The notes beneath the pieces are model-generated. The model did no database searches, had not been told where the DNA came from, and saw only the letters and a program-made list of their open reading frames with translations. Of a stretch of 64,000 nucleotides of DNA, positions 1 through 8,773 are shown in pieces. Position 1 is the first letter of the stretch; each line of letters opens with the position of its first letter. Origin of the DNA: Fidelibacterota bacterium (lineage in GTDB: Bacteria > Fidelibacterota > Marinisomatia > Marinisomatales > JACNKV01); assembly GCA_014381855.1 (NCBI GenBank), contig JACNKV010000084.1, forward strand, positions 22,341 through 86,340, given 5' to 3'. The translations under genes and the position numbers were made by a program.

Positions 1-1785
1 TTGTTCTAACTCATTAGAAGTTGTTTTTTCAAAATGGGTCATATCAAATCGGAGATAATCATCGGTAACCAATGAACCTGCCTGATGAATATGTTCTCCT
101 AAAACCTCACGCAAAGCAGCTTGGAGTAAATGGGTTGCCGTATGATTCAGGCGGATGGCATTTCGACGGCTTTCATCCACGTGGCAATGAATAAAATCAT
201 CTTTAGATGGCGGTGTAAAATCTCCTGTGCAGATATGGATAAATGTATCGCCGTCTTTTTGGGTATCATTGACAACCAAATCAATATTTTCTCCCGTCAT
301 AACGCCTGTATCCCCTACTTGCCCACCCGATTCCACATAAAATGGAGTTTTGTCCAATACAACGTAAATTTGATCTTTCTCCTTCACATATTTTCGAATG
401 ACCGATTGCGATTCCAGTGTTTCATATCCAACAAATTCAGAGTCAGTTCCATCTGTAACGTCAATCCATGTGTATGATGATGTGTCTCTTTTAAATTTAC
501 CTGCTGTTTTCGCACGTTCTTTTTGCTTACTCATCTCCCGGACAAATCCGGTTTCGTCTACAGTCAGTCCCCCTTCTTTCGCCATCAGCTGTGTAAGATC
601 TAACGGGAAACCATATGTATCGTAAAGACGAAAAGCTTCTTCTCCGGATATAACATTTCCATCCAGTTTTTTTATCATCCTATCAAAATGTGTTAATCCT
701 CGATCTAAAGTTTCATTAAACGATGTTTCTTCAGCTTTAACTACATTTTGGATATGAGATTGTTTGTCCTTTACTTCAGGATAAATACCTCCAAATATTT
801 CGCCGACGGAATCCACAAGTTTATATAAAAATGGTTCATGCATTCCCAGCATTCGACCGAATCTCGACGCCCTCCTCAAAATTCGACGTAATACATACCC
901 ACGCCCCTCATTAGAGGGCATGGCCCCATCTCCAATGGCCATCGTTAACATTCGGATGTGATCAGCAATGACTCGATGCGGGACAGGATTTTTCTCTACT
1001 GACGAGTTTGCAAGTGTCTCTATTTTCCGGATAACGGGCATAAATAAATCGGTTTCATAATTGTTTTTTTTATTCTGTAAAACCGTAACAATTCTTTCCA
1101 ATCCTGCCCCGGTATCAACATGCGTTGACGGAAGGTTATTCAGCGTTCCTTTTTCATCTCTGAAATACTGAATAAATACCAAATTCCAGAGTTCCCAGTA
1201 TTCATCAGAAGCATTCACACCATCCGGAGTTTGTTCATCCGGATTGTCGCCAATGTAATAATGAATTTCCGAACACGGTCCGCATGGTCCTGTCTCACCC
1301 ATTTCCCAAAAATTATCTTTATCTCCAAATCTCAGCACGCGATCCGGAGAAATATCCGTTACTTTTGTCCACAATTCAAATGCGTCATCGTCACCTTTAT
1401 ACACGGTAGCCCAGAGACGATTTTTGTCTAACTTCCACACATCGGTCAAGAGTTCCCATGCCCAAGCAATGGCTTCTTTTTTGTAATAATCACCAAATGA
1501 CCAATTCCCAAGCATCTCAAAATATGTATGGTGAAATGTATCTACTCCGACTTCTTCCAAATCGTTGTGTTTTCCACTGACTCGAATACATTTTTGGCTG
1601 TTAACGGCACGGGTGGAACCCGGTTTTTTCTCACCCAAAAAAATCGGTTTGAACTGATTCATCCCTGCATTGATAAACAATAATGTCGGGTCATCCAGAG
1701 GGACGACAGATGAACTGCGAATGAATTGGTGGTTTTTCTTCTCGAAAAACTCGATAAATGTCTGTCTGATTTGTTTGCTATTCAT
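1..1785 (-). CDS. alaS: alanine--tRNA ligase, first ~595 codons (3' end lies beyond the window start)
   Basis: Absent from the ORF track because it is open to the window edge. Manual reverse-strand translation from ATG 1785..1783 gives MNSKQIRQTFIEFFEKKNHQFIRSSSVVPLDDPTLLFINAGMNQFKPIFLG...GNWSFGDYYKKEAIAWAWELLT...HTATHLLQAALREVLG, the class II AlaRS catalytic core and the start of the editing domain. Confidence 0.93.
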   Translation of the reverse strand, partial: MNSKQIRQTFIEFFEKKNHQFIRSSSVVPLDDPTLLFINAGMNQFKPIFLGEKKPGSTRAVNSQKCIRVSGKHNDLEEVGVDTFHHTYFEMLGNWSFGDYYKKEAIAWAWELLTDVWKLDKNRLWATVYKGDDDAFELWTKVTDISPDRVLRFGDKDNFWEMGETGPCGPCSEIHYYIGDNPDEQTPDGVNASDEYWELWNLVFIQYFRDEKGTLNNLPSTHVDTGAGLERIVTVLQNKKNNYETDLFMPVIRKIETLANSSVEKNPVPHRVIADHIRMLTMAIGDGAMPSNEGRGYVLRRILRRASRFGRMLGMHEPFLYKLVDSVGEIFGGIYPEVKDKQSHIQNVVKAEETSFNETLDRGLTHFDRMIKKLDGNVISGEEAFRLYDTYGFPLDLTQLMAKEGGLTVDETGFVREMSKQKERAKTAGKFKRDTSSYTWIDVTDGTDSEFVGYETLESQSVIRKYVKEKDQIYVVLDKTPFYVESGGQVGDTGVMTGENIDLVVNDTQKDGDTFIHICTGDFTPPSKDDFIHCHVDESRRNAIRLNHTATHLLQAALREVLGEHIHQAGSLVTDDYLRFDMTHFEKTTSNELEQ

Positions 1786-1792
1786 ATTTGCT

Positions 1793-3334
1793 CTATAAAT
1801 TGAAGCTTGTTTCTATTCCGGTGATATTCACTGGCTTCAATTTCCCTTCACTGTCTAATTTAAATGTTCGCTGAAAGACATAATTTAACATCATTCCACT
1901 ACCAAGTTCTAATCCTATGCGATATCCCATAATCGTACTTTCAGAAAACTCAAAATCAAAAGGATTCGGAACATTTCTCTGCTCGTAAAAAAGCGCAGCG
2001 TGTTTCAATTTACTAATTCCTTTATTTAGTGCCAGGGAGGAGAAAAAGTTCTGAGTAGATTCATCCACAAACTCATAGGATTCGCTATCCCACATTTCAC
2101 CCTTCAAGTTTTGATACGAGGTCTTCCATTGGACAATTCCGCCAAGATTGACGATTGCCTGAGCAAACAATCCTTTTTGCGGTCCAAACCGGCCTAAATA
2201 TCTTTCTTTTGTTGATATCGCAACAGATTCATCCCCGGTAACTACCAACGCAGCACGTTCGAGTTCGTAGGTGCGATTCCAATAACCAAACTCAAAATTC
2301 CCTTTGGGTTTCATCCGATATTCAACATTAATACGAAACGGTCCGAACCGGCCGGAGATGCCCAGTGGGATGATTCCGCTACCAAGAGAGACGGTGCTAT
2401 CCGTAGACGGATCAACTGTTTCACCGATGAGTTTGGCTGCCTGAGCATAGATTGACAATGACATGTTTTTTTCGGCAATCACGGGATATCCGATATCCAC
2501 AGATAATGCTGCCATGGGATCGGAGTCTTTCAACACATTGAGCGGCTCAGACTTACGTTCAATGTCGGTGTCAAGCACCATACTTGTATCCGCCGTCCAA
2601 CCTGGGATGTCACTATCCAAGGTATCTGTAATTCCGTCGCCATCAATATCCCACTCCAGCGGATTACTGTCTGCAATGCCATCGTTGTCTGTATCTAACC
2701 ACCACATATTATCGTCGGGAAAATCATCAACCATATCCGGTCGTCCGTCCCCGTCTCTGTCTTTTAACCCAAGATACTGATTCCGATCTACTACCGCAGA
2801 AATGCCAATCGGAATCCCTGCAAATACCGGAGTTTGAACACGCAGACCGGCAATACCGATATTTTCTTTGAAATCGTTAACGAAACCCTGCAAAGAATAG
2901 TGGCTTTTTTTCAAACGAATGTCCAGTCCAATCTTTCGAACCTGAGGATATTCGATGGCATTTGAATAATTGTTTACAAGAATTCCATACCCTAACTTCA
3001 CACGATCTAAAGCCCCTACCCGAAAATAGAGCGGGTCTTTCTTGAACCCGAAACGGATATAATAAATTTTATCAATAAGCGTATTTTTAATTGCCGTACC
3101 ATTTGAAAAATCCCATTCGTCTTCGTGGATATTTCCGTCAGCGTCAATATAGAACACTAAATCCAGCGCCACGCCGAACTTCCAAATAGGAACTGTCGGA
3201 CGCAACGCAATCTGGTTCCATATTTTTCCATCGATGGTAACAGCACCAAATGCCCCCTGTACAGACCGTTTTTCTTGAGCAAAACCGGAACTTGCCAAAA
3301 TGCTTAACAGTATGAATATGATAGATTTTCTCAT
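1793..3334 (-). CDS. secreted, probably outer-membrane, protein with a thrombospondin type-3-like calcium-binding repeat insert
   Basis: 513-aa ORF with signal peptide MRKSIIFILLSILASSGFAQE. Central Asp-rich run DRDGDGRPDMVDDFPDDNMWWLDTDNDGIADSNPLEWDIDGDGITDTLDSD fits DxDxDGxxDxxD repeats. The flanks have an alternating, aromatic-rich, beta-strand-like composition. The stop is 8 nt upstream of the alaS ATG. Confidence 0.6.
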   Translation of the reverse strand: MRKSIIFILLSILASSGFAQEKRSVQGAFGAVTIDGKIWNQIALRPTVPIWKFGVALDLVFYIDADGNIHEDEWDFSNGTAIKNTLIDKIYYIRFGFKKDPLYFRVGALDRVKLGYGILVNNYSNAIEYPQVRKIGLDIRLKKSHYSLQGFVNDFKENIGIAGLRVQTPVFAGIPIGISAVVDRNQYLGLKDRDGDGRPDMVDDFPDDNMWWLDTDNDGIADSNPLEWDIDGDGITDTLDSDIPGWTADTSMVLDTDIERKSEPLNVLKDSDPMAALSVDIGYPVIAEKNMSLSIYAQAAKLIGETVDPSTDSTVSLGSGIIPLGISGRFGPFRINVEYRMKPKGNFEFGYWNRTYELERAALVVTGDESVAISTKERYLGRFGPQKGLFAQAIVNLGGIVQWKTSYQNLKGEMWDSESYEFVDESTQNFFSSLALNKGISKLKHAALFYEQRNVPNPFDFEFSESTIMGYRIGLELGSGMMLNYVFQRTFKLDSEGKLKPVNITGIETSFNL

Positions 3335-3506
3335 AATTTCCCTTAATAACGTTCTGAAAAATTACCTACCTTCCTCGTCGGTATCAATGGTTTATTCAAG
3401 ATGTTTTCATTTTCTGACTTGAATCATTCATCCCGTGGATTACTCTAAAATGAGGCTCATCGCTAAAACCCATACCCGATGGATAGACGGTTTGGTGGAC
3501 TGCCTA

Positions 3507-3545
3507 CCTGTCGATTGGACAGGTGCCGGCATGGTCGGTCGGCAC
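3507..3545 (-). terminator. candidate operon-end element: two abutting GC-rich hairpins without a U-tract
   Basis: Starts 16 nt past the stop at 3561. Stems are CCTGTC(3507-3512)/GACAGG(3518-3523) and GTGCCG(3524-3529)/CGGCAC(3540-3545). It sits in a 226-nt non-coding gap, unusually long for this window. Confidence 0.3.
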
Positions 3546-3560
3546 ACTCCATATTTGAAC

Positions 3561-4853
3561 TTATGGATAAAGAAGAAACTTATTCCGAAACTCACTAAAC
3601 CTGAGAATATCGTACCCCCACAAAGGAGAGAGTTCATCTGCTCCACGTCCCTGTGCGACCATTGTCCGCAAAAGCGAACTTCCGAACAGTTTATCTATAT
3701 AATCATATTTTTCCCACTGAAATTCCCTCGGATACAAATGGTGAATCGTAAAAATAATTGCCGCCGCCGTTCGAATAGGTTCAAATTTATATTTATCCGT
3801 TATACGAATCTCCACACCACTACATTCTTCTCCGACATATCGCGGAACCACATCTAAATCAGCGTGAATTTTCGGAATAAAACGAATGGAAGTAAAACGA
3901 ACACCCGGTAATTCCAGTTGTGTCAGGTGCTCTGCAAGATACGTCCCGGAAATCCATGGGGCACCGGCAATTTTATAGCGTTTGTGCGTTCCTTGTCCTA
4001 TGCTGATATTCGTTCCCTTCATCAAAGTTGAACCGGTGTACGTTAATATAGTTTCAACATCATTTAGGTCAGGTGCCGGATGGTTCCAGTTTTCATTTTC
4101 ATCATCCATCCACATTGCTCTAGACCAATTCGCAAGTGGGATTACAGTCAAATCTGCCCGTACCAAATCTTTAATCCAGCCTGTTTCATTCACCATTACG
4201 GCGTATTCTCCGATGGTGAGTCCATGCCGAATGGGCACTAAATGGTACGCCTCGAACGATTGGTATTCCAATCGTGGAATCGGTCCGCTCATGGTCAATC
4301 CTCCCAGAGGATTTGGTCTGTCCAGCACCATCACCGGGATTCCCCATTCACCGGCAGCTTCCATCACTTTTGTCACCGTCGTTATATACGTGGAATATCG
4401 CACACCGGTGTCCTGAATATCTACTAAAACAAGGTCAATTTCATTCATTGCCCAACTTGGTGGTTTTACATAGCGACCGAAGGTATCTATCAGTTTTGCA
4501 CCTGTCACAGGTTCACGTCCTTCTTCCCCGGATAATATTACCTTCCCATCATCCGGGAGGGTTAATCCATGCTCAGGTAAAAAGACATACCGAACATTAA
4601 TGTTGTGTTTGTCCAAAATATCAAGAAGATGATTCCCCCGGTGATTCACGGAAGTTTGATTGCAAACAACGCCGATGGTACGGTCTTTGAGAGAACGGCA
4701 ATCCATTTGTTCTAACACATCCAATCCAGTAAAAATCTGCGGAACAAACGACAAATCAGGGATGCCCATGATTTTACTATACTTAAAGTTCTGTGGCAAT
4801 AAAATCGAGCCGGTGACGAACAGCGTGATGAATATCCGGTAAATATTACGCAT
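3561..4853 (-). CDS. DUF1343 family protein (NamZ/YbbC-like exo-beta-N-acetylmuramidase family)
   Basis: 430 aa with an N-terminal hydrophobic signal. Family-typical blocks: GLDVLEQ, IGVVCNQTSV, LPEHG, IDLVLVDIQDTGVRYSTYITT, VLDRPNPLGG, PIRHGLTIGE. The start overlaps the upstream symporter stop by 8 nt. Confidence 0.8.
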   Translation of the reverse strand: MRNIYRIFITLFVTGSILLPQNFKYSKIMGIPDLSFVPQIFTGLDVLEQMDCRSLKDRTIGVVCNQTSVNHRGNHLLDILDKHNINVRYVFLPEHGLTLPDDGKVILSGEEGREPVTGAKLIDTFGRYVKPPSWAMNEIDLVLVDIQDTGVRYSTYITTVTKVMEAAGEWGIPVMVLDRPNPLGGLTMSGPIPRLEYQSFEAYHLVPIRHGLTIGEYAVMVNETGWIKDLVRADLTVIPLANWSRAMWMDDENENWNHPAPDLNDVETILTYTGSTLMKGTNISIGQGTHKRYKIAGAPWISGTYLAEHLTQLELPGVRFTSIRFIPKIHADLDVVPRYVGEECSGVEIRITDKYKFEPIRTAAAIIFTIHHLYPREFQWEKYDYIDKLFGSSLLRTMVAQGRGADELSPLWGYDILRFSEFRNKFLLYP

Positions 4854-6243
4854 TCAGGGAATTCGTTACTTTATTAATACTCAATGTTACGGCAAGATTT
4901 ACCGAAACTGAAATGCCGATAAACCATGTCCATGCGATGCCTACCTCCCGTAAGACCAACACCGTAATAACACTCAAAATTAATCCGATGATAAGGCTGA
5001 CGGTTGAGAAGCGTTGCTGACCGCGACTTAAGATAAATAGACTTAATAAACCGCCATACGTAAAAGAGGCAATCGTTAATCCCAGTTCAATAATTGTGGT
5101 ATCTCCTTCATCAAAAATAACGGCAATTCCCATAAGAACGATTGCCCACGCAAAGCTAACCCACCGTGAAATCTTGATGGATGGCATATTCTTAAACCAA
5201 TCTGTTACCGTTGAGGACGCCAGTGAATTAATGGAAGAGCTTAAGGTCGACATCGCCGCTGAAAGAACACCTGCAAGCAAAAGACCTTTTAACCCAATCG
5301 GTAAATGTTGGATAATGAACGTGGAAAATTCTCTATCTTTCGGTAGATCTGCTCCTCCGAAATACACCCAAATTAATGACCCGGCAAAAAGAAATACAGC
5401 AAATTGCAGGAAGACAAAAAACCCGCTCCCAATCATGGCTTTTCGGGCAGAGGACACATTCTTTGTTGCCAACACTCTTTGGACCATCATGTGGTCAGCT
5501 CCGTGTGATGCAAACGACAGGAGCATTCCTCCTATCCATGCGCTGAAGAAAATATAGGGTTCATGGAAAATATCTTTTCCAAAATGAAATATTTGAAGTT
5601 TACTCTGTTCGGAGAGAACTGAAAACGTTGAAGCAATACTACCGTCCAAATTGAGAAGGATATATCCGACGGTGATTATGCCTCCTGCTAAATACAGGAT
5701 GAACTGAAAACTATCTACCCAAATGACAGTGCGAATCCCACCACTTAATGTATAGAGCAATGTGACGCTTCCAATAATTAGGACTGCAATGGGAAGTGAC
5801 CATCCTGTCATCACCTGAACGATAACTGCCGTGGCTAAAAATCGTACTCCGTCAGCAAGAATCCGTGTAAACAGAAATAGCCCGGATGCTGTTTTTTGAA
5901 TCGGTTTGCCAAAGCGTTCTCCCAATGTCTCATAAATGGATGTAATCCCTGAACGAAAATACATTGGCAATAAGAACCAACTGACTAGAATGCGCCCAAA
6001 GATGTAGCCAATGGCTAATTGCAAAAAGAACCAATCTTTTTGATACGCTAAGCCGGGCACACTGACGAACGTGAGAACGGAGGTTTCCGTGGCGACGATT
6101 GAGAACATTGCTGTCACCCATGGCAGATCGCGACCCGCAAGAAAATACTCTCCGGTTGAGCGAGTGCGTTTCCCCTGCATAATCCCGTAAATAACGAGTC
6201 CGCCAAGAAACAAACTAATGATTGAAATATCTAATACAGACAT
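4846..6243 (-). CDS. sodium:solute symporter family (SSF) transporter
   Basis: 465 aa and highly hydrophobic, with many predicted TM helices. Contains the SSF-type block LSGGIRTVIWVDSFQFILYLAGG (GG..v.WtD..Q). Confidence 0.72.
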   Translation of the reverse strand: MSVLDISIISLFLGGLVIYGIMQGKRTRSTGEYFLAGRDLPWVTAMFSIVATETSVLTFVSVPGLAYQKDWFFLQLAIGYIFGRILVSWFLLPMYFRSGITSIYETLGERFGKPIQKTASGLFLFTRILADGVRFLATAVIVQVMTGWSLPIAVLIIGSVTLLYTLSGGIRTVIWVDSFQFILYLAGGIITVGYILLNLDGSIASTFSVLSEQSKLQIFHFGKDIFHEPYIFFSAWIGGMLLSFASHGADHMMVQRVLATKNVSSARKAMIGSGFFVFLQFAVFLFAGSLIWVYFGGADLPKDREFSTFIIQHLPIGLKGLLLAGVLSAAMSTLSSSINSLASSTVTDWFKNMPSIKISRWVSFAWAIVLMGIAVIFDEGDTTIIELGLTIASFTYGGLLSLFILSRGQQRFSTVSLIIGLILSVITVLVLREVGIAWTWFIGISVSVNLAVTLSINKVTNSLNA

Positions 6244-6282
6244 ACTTATTGGTGAGGGTTATTGGTTATTGTCATAACGTAG

Positions 6283-6420
6283 TGCCTGCCCGCCATTGGT
6301 TCGGAGGGCCTGCCCGTAGCAGCCTAGTAGACCCCGTGTGCATGTGTTTACATCCCGTGTTTTCTACGGGGTTTTGTATGGGGTTTTTTACGGTGGGTAT
6401 TGGTGATTTTTTTTGCGGTT
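6283..6420. other. GC-rich, repeat-containing intergenic element of unknown function (possible structured RNA)
   Basis: Direct repeat GCCTGCCCG at 6288-6296 and 6309-6317. Mutually exclusive stems CCCCGT(6332-6337) or CCCGT(6354-6358) pair with ACGGGG(6366-6371). On the + strand these are followed by G-tract/T-tract units (ctacGGGGtttt, gtatGGGGtttttt, acGGtGGGtatt, GGtgatttttttt). Confidence 0.25.
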
Positions 6421-6444
6421 TCTGTATATTTTGTTGCGATGAAG

Positions 6445-7548
6445 TCAAATGAAAATCCGTTCTGTTCTTCCATGTATAGCAGTAAGAAGTGTGTACGTAG
6501 TTTGTCCGATAGATTTTGCAATTTCTTCGACCTTTAACTGTCCGTGTATGTTATCACCAAAAAACAGGACATGCTCTCCCAATGTGGGGATGGTATCTTC
6601 AAAATCAACCATGAGCTGGTCCATACACGCACGACCAGCAATTTCGTAACGACGTCCTCTGTACAAAACGTAACCACCATCGTACCACGGACGCGGAAAT
6701 CCGTCAGCAAATCCAGTTTGAATGACACCAATATTGGTATTCTTCTGGGCACTCCAAACTCCGCCATAGCTTACCTTTGTGCCCTTTTTAACTCTTCGCA
6801 CATTCACGACAGGACCAACAAATTCCATCACGGGTTTAACAGGTACATCCTCCGGAACTTCATCGGATGGTAACGCTCCATAGATTAGCATTCCAACCCG
6901 AACGATATTAAAATATGATTCCGGGAGATTTAATATTGTACCACTGTTCGACAAATGGACATGTTTAAACGTAATTCCGTAATCTGCCGCTAAATCAACC
7001 GCCTTTTTAAATCTGTCGAGTTGATATTCTGCATAGGATAAATCTCCCTCATCGGCCGTTGCGAAATGTGAATAAATCCCCGTGCAGCGTATTTCAGGAT
7101 ATTCTTTAAGTTCTCGAAATATCTCAGGATATTCTTCGGGAGATGCTCCCAATCGCGTCATTCCGGTATCAATTTTGATATGTACTTCCGGGCTTTTGCC
7201 TATTTTTTCATGAAACGCTTTTAATTCGCGCAGATCATCGAGACAAGAGCAATTCAGAATAAAGTTTTGGTCCAGAGCCAAATGAAAATACTCTTGGTTA
7301 AGACGAGAGAAAACCAATATCTTTTGTGTTATGCCAGCATTCCGAAGCTCAACACCTTCCTCCGGAGTAAACACCGCAAACCAATTTACTCCAGCCCCTG
7401 CAAGTGCTTTCGTAACCGGGACAGCCCCATGCCCGTACGCATTGGCTTTTACCACAACCATCAATTCATGTTTTCCGATGTGTTCTTTAATGTGTTTGAG
7501 GTTTTGGAGCAACCGATCCAAATGTATAATTGCTTTTGGTCCTATCAC
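6445..7548 (-). CDS. alr: alanine racemase
   Basis: 367 aa with the PLP-lysine motif VVKANAYGHG and a conserved C-terminal beta domain. The GTG start forms a GTGA overlap with the upstream stop. Confidence 0.93.
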   Translation of the reverse strand: MIGPKAIIHLDRLLQNLKHIKEHIGKHELMVVVKANAYGHGAVPVTKALAGAGVNWFAVFTPEEGVELRNAGITQKILVFSRLNQEYFHLALDQNFILNCSCLDDLRELKAFHEKIGKSPEVHIKIDTGMTRLGASPEEYPEIFRELKEYPEIRCTGIYSHFATADEGDLSYAEYQLDRFKKAVDLAADYGITFKHVHLSNSGTILNLPESYFNIVRVGMLIYGALPSDEVPEDVPVKPVMEFVGPVVNVRRVKKGTKVSYGGVWSAQKNTNIGVIQTGFADGFPRPWYDGGYVLYRGRRYEIAGRACMDQLMVDFEDTIPTLGEHVLFFGDNIHGQLKVEEIAKSIGQTTYTLLTAIHGRTERIFI

Positions 7549-8027
7549 GATTTTATATTTTGACCTTTTCTATGTTGTTCTTTTAAAAATTGTTGTAACG
7601 AGGAAAAATCCTGGAATACTTTAGTGCTACATGCTTCAATCCAACTACTAAAATCTTCCTTCGGCAAGCGATTTACAAGATACACAGGAACATGATGTAA
7701 ATACGCAACCGTGACTTCACCATGTGTTCCGCCGCCTTTTAGCACAAATTCATCCCACAAACAAATAAGATAGTTTACTTCTTTCATGACCACATCCAGG
7801 TCTCGTTTTACGCATTTTCTAACGAATGAGATATATCGACCAGGATCATCTTCTTTCCATTTTCTGTAATCCTGTGAACCAGTCAATTTAACAAGTTTTT
7901 TTGACTCTACTACAGGATCCACCACATCATGGTTGAGTTCACTTTTCAGCCATAGGGTGATTTCTTTTCTCCAATCAGCACCTTCATCAACCGCCTTTTC
8001 CATCGCACCTGAAAGATAAGCAATCAT
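7545..8027 (-). CDS. nucleoside 2-deoxyribosyltransferase-like (YtoQ-like) superfamily protein, function unknown
   Basis: 160 aa. N-terminal IAYLSGAME, central DLDVVMKEVNYLICLWD and GGGTHGEVTVAYLHHVPVYLV resemble the Rossmann-like NDT fold pattern (recollection only, no search run). 4-nt overlaps at both ends. Confidence 0.4.
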   Translation of the reverse strand: MIAYLSGAMEKAVDEGADWRKEITLWLKSELNHDVVDPVVESKKLVKLTGSQDYRKWKEDDPGRYISFVRKCVKRDLDVVMKEVNYLICLWDEFVLKGGGTHGEVTVAYLHHVPVYLVNRLPKEDFSSWIEACSTKVFQDFSSLQQFLKEQHRKGQNIKS

Positions 8028-8773
8028 TGATGGAGTTTCCTTCTCAATATTTCAGCATTCAATGGAAGCCAGATAGATATAAGCAAAAACGGAACAATGA
8101 CCGATGTCCAATCAAAAAGGTGGCTGAATATCATCATGCGCAAACCATAAATCGTCATGCCGACAGGAGAATACCGTAAAAGATATCCTAAACCAACCGG
8201 GTAATATTCAAACTCAAAAATAATTCCTGAACCAAACACAATAAAAATAAATAATGAAAATATCAGTAAAATGAATATAGAGACATGCTCTGTCAAAAGA
8301 GAAATAGTGATGATAATACATCCAATGAAATATGTAAATAAGCACAAATAAGCCAACATGACAACATAGTCCAACCACGGAAAGACAACTCCGGTGATGA
8401 CAGTTAGTACGGCTCCACCAATCATGGCAAACAGGATGGATTCAATAACTGCAGTTGTCAGGATTCCTAACGTGAGTTTAAATTTAGACACAGGAGTCAA
8501 TGTCATTGGCATAAGAGCTTTTTTGTGAATCCTCAGATCAAAAAAGTCCCGATATAGATGAGGAATTAAAGCAACGGTAGCAATGATAAATAAAATACCG
8601 GGGAATAACCAAAGTTCAATCGGTGTGTGGCGAATACTACGAATAAAAATTGCTTTAACCGGAAGCATAAGAGTTAGGTGCAACATAATCGGGAGTACAA
8701 AAGAAATACTCAGTGTCGATATTAAATGTTTCTGAATCAGCCAACCGCGACGTTTTAATAAACTTAGGATCAT
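8024..8773 (-). CDS. ABC-2 type transporter permease
   Basis: The track ORF extends to 8962, but its first 63 codons overlap the ATPase gene out of frame. ATG 8773..8771 gives an ATGA overlap with the ATPase stop and a 249-aa protein with about six hydrophobic helices (MILSLLKRRGWLIQKHL...). Confidence 0.65.
   Translation of the reverse strand: MILSLLKRRGWLIQKHLISTLSISFVLPIMLHLTLMLPVKAIFIRSIRHTPIELWLFPGILFIIATVALIPHLYRDFFDLRIHKKALMPMTLTPVSKFKLTLGILTTAVIESILFAMIGGAVLTVITGVVFPWLDYVVMLAYLCLFTYFIGCIIITISLLTEHVSIFILLIFSLFIFIVFGSGIIFEFEYYPVGLGYLLRYSPVGMTIYGLRMMIFSHLFDWTSVIVPFLLISIWLPLNAEILRRKLHQ

Noticed and set aside
6293-6324. An SRP (4.5S) RNA domain IV look-alike on the + strand: CCAUUGGUUCGGAGGGCCUGCCCGUAGCAGCC compared with E. 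coli ACCAGGUCAGGUCCGGAAGGAAGCAGCC.
   Set aside because: The apical loop would be CCUG rather than a GNRA tetraloop, and the conserved A of the 5' symmetric loop is missing. The flanking sequences cannot form the long helix 5, since the 5' and 3' flanks are both C-rich. The similarity is probably chance.
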